Shown here: piece by piece, positions 60,763 to 64,000 of the stretch | Layout: every line of letters starts with the position of its first letter | Numbering within the stretch: the first letter of the stretch is position 1 | Assembly: GCA_958009085.1 (NCBI GenBank) | Contig: OY253680.1 | Location: 496,001-560,000, forward strand | From: Protoeuglena noctilucae | Lineage: Eukaryota | Length of the DNA: 64,000 nucleotides | Direction: 5' to 3' | Position numbers and translations under genes: made by a program | Notes under the pieces: model-generated | The model's input: the letters and a program-made list of their open reading frames with translations, nothing else | Told to the model about the DNA's origin: nothing | Database searches by the model: none

Positions 60763-62695
60763 TCACGAACCCGTCGATAAGAAGCCCCCGAACTCCAGCG
60801 GGGCGTCCCCTTCGTCACCCGAAGACCCCGAGCTCTCATCGGATGCCTCCTCGGCCTCCCCCGCGCGCAGCCACGCAGCCATCCTCTCCGCCACACCCGC
60901 CATGTCTCGTGCGACCATGCCACCCCCCTCTGCCTCCCCCGCGTCCCCCGCCAGCGCCTGAGCAAGCGAGGACAGGACGTCCGCCACGGCATCCCGCCGG
61001 TCCCCACTCGCCCCATCCATGGGGCCCACGCCGCGAATCACCCGCGCCAGAGATTCCAGGGAACCCGATTTGTGCATCCAGTTCTGCAGCAAAGGGCGCC
61101 AAACGAGTCACTGTCCCAGCAGGGACCGATTGCCAGCACCTTTTGACACCGCGTGACGGTGGCGACAGAGGCTCGACGCTGGCGTTGTGGGTAAGCAGCG
61201 CAGGCATTTCCAATCATCCGCTTCCCACCTGGCCCACTTGCACGAGGCGCGTCGTCAGCTGCACCACCTCTGCAAGGACTTCGAACCCGTCCCCCTCTGC
61301 CAGTGCCAGCTGGTCGACCACGAGCGCCAGGATGCGCAGCGCACGTGCCGCGGTGCCCTCGAGCCTCAGGCAGTCGTCGCCGTCGCAGTCGCCCCGCTGC
61401 AGTCGGCCCACGCAGCCATCCAGCACGTGCAGCGCGACGTCGGCAGCGCCCAGCTCCACCATCCCCTCGCCGAGATCTGGCATCGCGTACAGCACGTTGT
61501 ACACCGCCATGGCGGCCTTCTGTGGAACAGGAAAACGTAAGCAGGCTATACTTAGCCCGCTGAGGTGGAGGCGACACTGACCTTTGCATGCGTGCATCGC
61601 GCCGCCCCTCACCTTGCCAACAAGAGGCTGCTCTGCAGCGTCTGCCATGCCCTCCAGGATCGTCCCGAGGAGGGTGAAATCCTTTCGCACCAGAGATATC
61701 ACGAACTTGGGATTGTTAGATGCCGCGTTGGCCAGGACGCCCATGGCGGCCGCGCGCAGGTCCGGGCCCTCTTGGCTGCGGAGGTACGGGGCCAGGAACG
61801 CCAGGCCTCCCACCGTCTCGTGGATGAAATCCACGGCGGTGTCTGCGACGACAGAAAATGAGCACGGAAGCGCTTCGGCTTGTGCATCGCAGCAACAGCC
61901 TGCGACCCACCCAGGGACGCCGCGCGCAGCGCAGCACGCACCGATGTTGGTCACAAGATCTGCGAGGAGGTGTAAGCTGGAGACCTTGTCCTCGGAGCGC
62001 ACGTCCTCCCCGTTCACGTCCCGAATGATGCGCTGCATGAGCTCCACCGCCGACGGAAATCGGTTATCCAAGTGGTCGAGGAGACCCGCGAGCTCCTCAC
62101 GCGCCTGAGAGCAAGTCGCGAGGGGACCTGCGTCGCATCGGCGGCCTGCGAGCCCGCCACGGCGGATGGAACCCGGTGCGTTCGGCTTCCCGCGGAGAAA
62201 TGCCCGGCGCGAAGGACCTCGCCTTAGCCAGGTCCTCTGGCGACATCTCGGCAAGCTTCATCATCTCATCGGGGTCCGAATTCTCTGCGAGAAAGCGCGG
62301 GGAGCGCGAGAGGGTGGTTGCAAGCTCAGCCCTTTGCAGGTGGCCGGCCCGGCCGCCAGCCGTGACCGGGCGCCGTTCTCCGCCGCAAGCAGCTTCTGAC
62401 GCTTCGTATGAATGCAGCGCGACTGCGTGCCGCGGCTCTCATGCACTACGGGCGGGGTGCGCGGGCCCGCGGTCCGCCACTTACCAAGGCCCCAGCGCAA
62501 GAGATGCTGGATCCCCTCGAAGTTGATATCGCCTTCCGGCACCGTGTTGCCAAAGCCATCACTGGGCACATCAATGTGGGACAGATCGACCCTCACGTCC
62601 GCCGCGGAGGCGGGCACTGCCACGAAGGACGACAGCACCACCAGGACCAACACGGCCAGGGCGCCGAGCGCCCATCCGGGTCGCACTCGTCCCAT
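60763..62695 (-). CDS. SIL1: Hsp70 nucleotide exchange factor SIL1/Fes1-like with signal peptide
   Basis: Hydrophobic N-terminus WALGALAVLVLVVLSSFVAVPASA; HLLRWGL|ENSDP (Fes1 motif); LADLVTNI|DTAVDF..GGL; AAAMGVLANAASNNPKFV (ARM repeats). Confidence 0.8.
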
Positions 62696-62968
62696 CTCGC
62701 CGCGTGCGTGTTTCCGAAAGCGTGGCGCGCGCCTTGCCTCTTTGCTTTCGCCACCGTGTCAGGCGCACTCGGGTCGAGGCCAGCAATGGGTTGCAGTCAA
62801 ATCATGCGCTCCAGAAGGCTGCCGCTCACCACTCACTATATGGCTTCTCCTTGGGACCATCGGATTGCGCTGGGGCCGACTGGACAAGGATTGGATGCCC
62901 ACAGTCCGTGACATTGGCATCACGCTCTCCTAGTCGCCATATAGTCTAGCAGGGGAGGCGTCGAGGAG

Positions 62969-64000
62969 ATGGCGTGTGCGCTGCACGCCCCGGCCGGGGC
63001 CCCGCGAGCCCAGGGGATGCGGGCACGCGCGGCTTCCCTCGCCGGCCGCCAAAGCGGTTTCCTGGGGGCCGGCATCCCGGGTGAGACTGCGACCGGTGCT
63101 ACATTATACTCCGCATTCGCTGGCGTGGTTGCCTTCGGCTCATGGACGGTCCGTGCTTCAGTTCTCGCGCCATGACACGGCATCCCCACCCCAGCGCGAA
63201 CGGGGCGTCCTCGCCCCTCGCACACAGTGGCGACGAGAAGCTCTGAAGGGACGTGCATGGCGCGCACAAGGCGCCCGCTGCGGCCCCGTGCCCTGGACGC
63301 GGCGCAGCCGTTCGACTTTGAGGCGCGGATGGCAAAGAAGGTGGCGCAGCAGAAGAAGCTGCGCATCGGGATCGTGGGCTTCGGCAACTTCGGGCAGTTC
63401 ATCGCCAAGCGGATGGTGGCGGCGGGCCACGAGGTGATAGCCACGTCGCGCACGCCGTACTACGAGCAGGCCAAGAGCGTGGGCGCGACCTTCTACAGCG
63501 ACCCCGACGACTTCTGCGAGGAGCATCCGCACGTCGTCATCCTCTGCTGCTCCATCATCTCCGCTGACAAGGTCCTCCGCAGTCTGCCCCTGCAGCGACT
63601 GCGCCGCAGGTGACGCCGCGTGCCCCTCCCAAACGAGCACCTGCGTCAGCTACCAGGACGCCGTGGCTGACCCCACCTCACCATCCCCGGCGGCCCGTTC
63701 GCAGCACGTTGTTCGTGGACGTGCTTTCGGTCAAGGTGTTCCCCAAGCAGCTCTTGCTCAAGGAGCTCCCGGCCGAGTTTGACGTCCTCTGCACGCACCC
63801 CATGTTCGGCCCAGAGTCCGGCAAGGGCTCCTGGCAGAACCTCGCGTTCGTCTTCGACCGCGTCCGCGTGGGCGCCGAGCGCCGGCGGCAGGAGCGCCTG
63901 GAGGCCTTCTTGGACTTCTGGCGCGCCGAGGGGTGCCGCATGGTGGAGATGACGTGCGAGGAGCACGACCGGCAGGCGGCGTCGACGCAGTTCATCACGC
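62969..64000 (+). CDS. tyrA: Arogenate dehydrogenase (TyrAa), plastid; 3' truncated by window
   Basis: AAQPFDFE..LRIGIVGFGNFGQFIAK, DPDDFCEEHPHVVILC, RLRR|STLFVDVLSVK, LCTHPMFGPESGKGSW, GCRMVEMTCEEHDRQAASTQFIT. Confidence 0.94.

Noticed and set aside
659..62222. Introner elements (repeated intron families) explaining intron density
   Set aside because: By eye the introns share only donor, branch (ctgac/ctaac/ctcac) and acceptor motifs, with no repeated bodies; an all-vs-all BLASTn of introns would be needed to exclude this fully.
1..64000. Hundreds of long overlapping ORFs in the six-frame track
   Set aside because: Expected from very high GC and few stop codons; most are antisense or off-frame shadows of spliced genes (e.g. 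31459-32694, 38729-40072, 7296-8429, 33203-34435).

Overview
Gene-dense, GC-rich eukaryotic nuclear DNA, most consistent with a compact green-algal (chlorophyte-type) genome. The evidence is plastid transit peptides, TGTAA motifs after several stops and a flagellar CFAP141-like gene; I cannot fix the taxon from sequence alone. By manually splicing ORF fragments I reconstruct about 30 intron-containing genes: beta-adaptin, CDSP32-like thioredoxin, LAG1, filamin-RRM-RS protein, CFAP141-like, APE2, two LEA/hydrophilin-like genes, MurB, DUF3754, M16 non-catalytic subunit, SPIRAL1-SAP, TMEM115, a Ser/Thr kinase, ABC1K, DDX6, DCL/DUF3223, ArsS radical SAM, ribokinase, PTRHD1, succinyl-CoA ligase alpha, L33, EamA, RIO1, ELP5, SIL1/Fes1, arogenate dehydrogenase and several hypotheticals. 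Most entries in the six-frame track are GC-driven shadow ORFs. Most notable: (1) about 18 AG|GC non-canonical donor introns, roughly one intron in seven or eight; (2) near-strict head-to-head gene alternation; (3) a candidate bicistronic L33-EamA locus; (4) a spliced MurB with a transit-peptide-like leader and Cys at the catalytic Ser position; (5) a Cys-type ArsS head-to-head with ribokinase. I saw no tRNA, rRNA, CRISPR or mobile element. CDS coordinates span start to stop including introns, and all exon boundaries are manual predictions.
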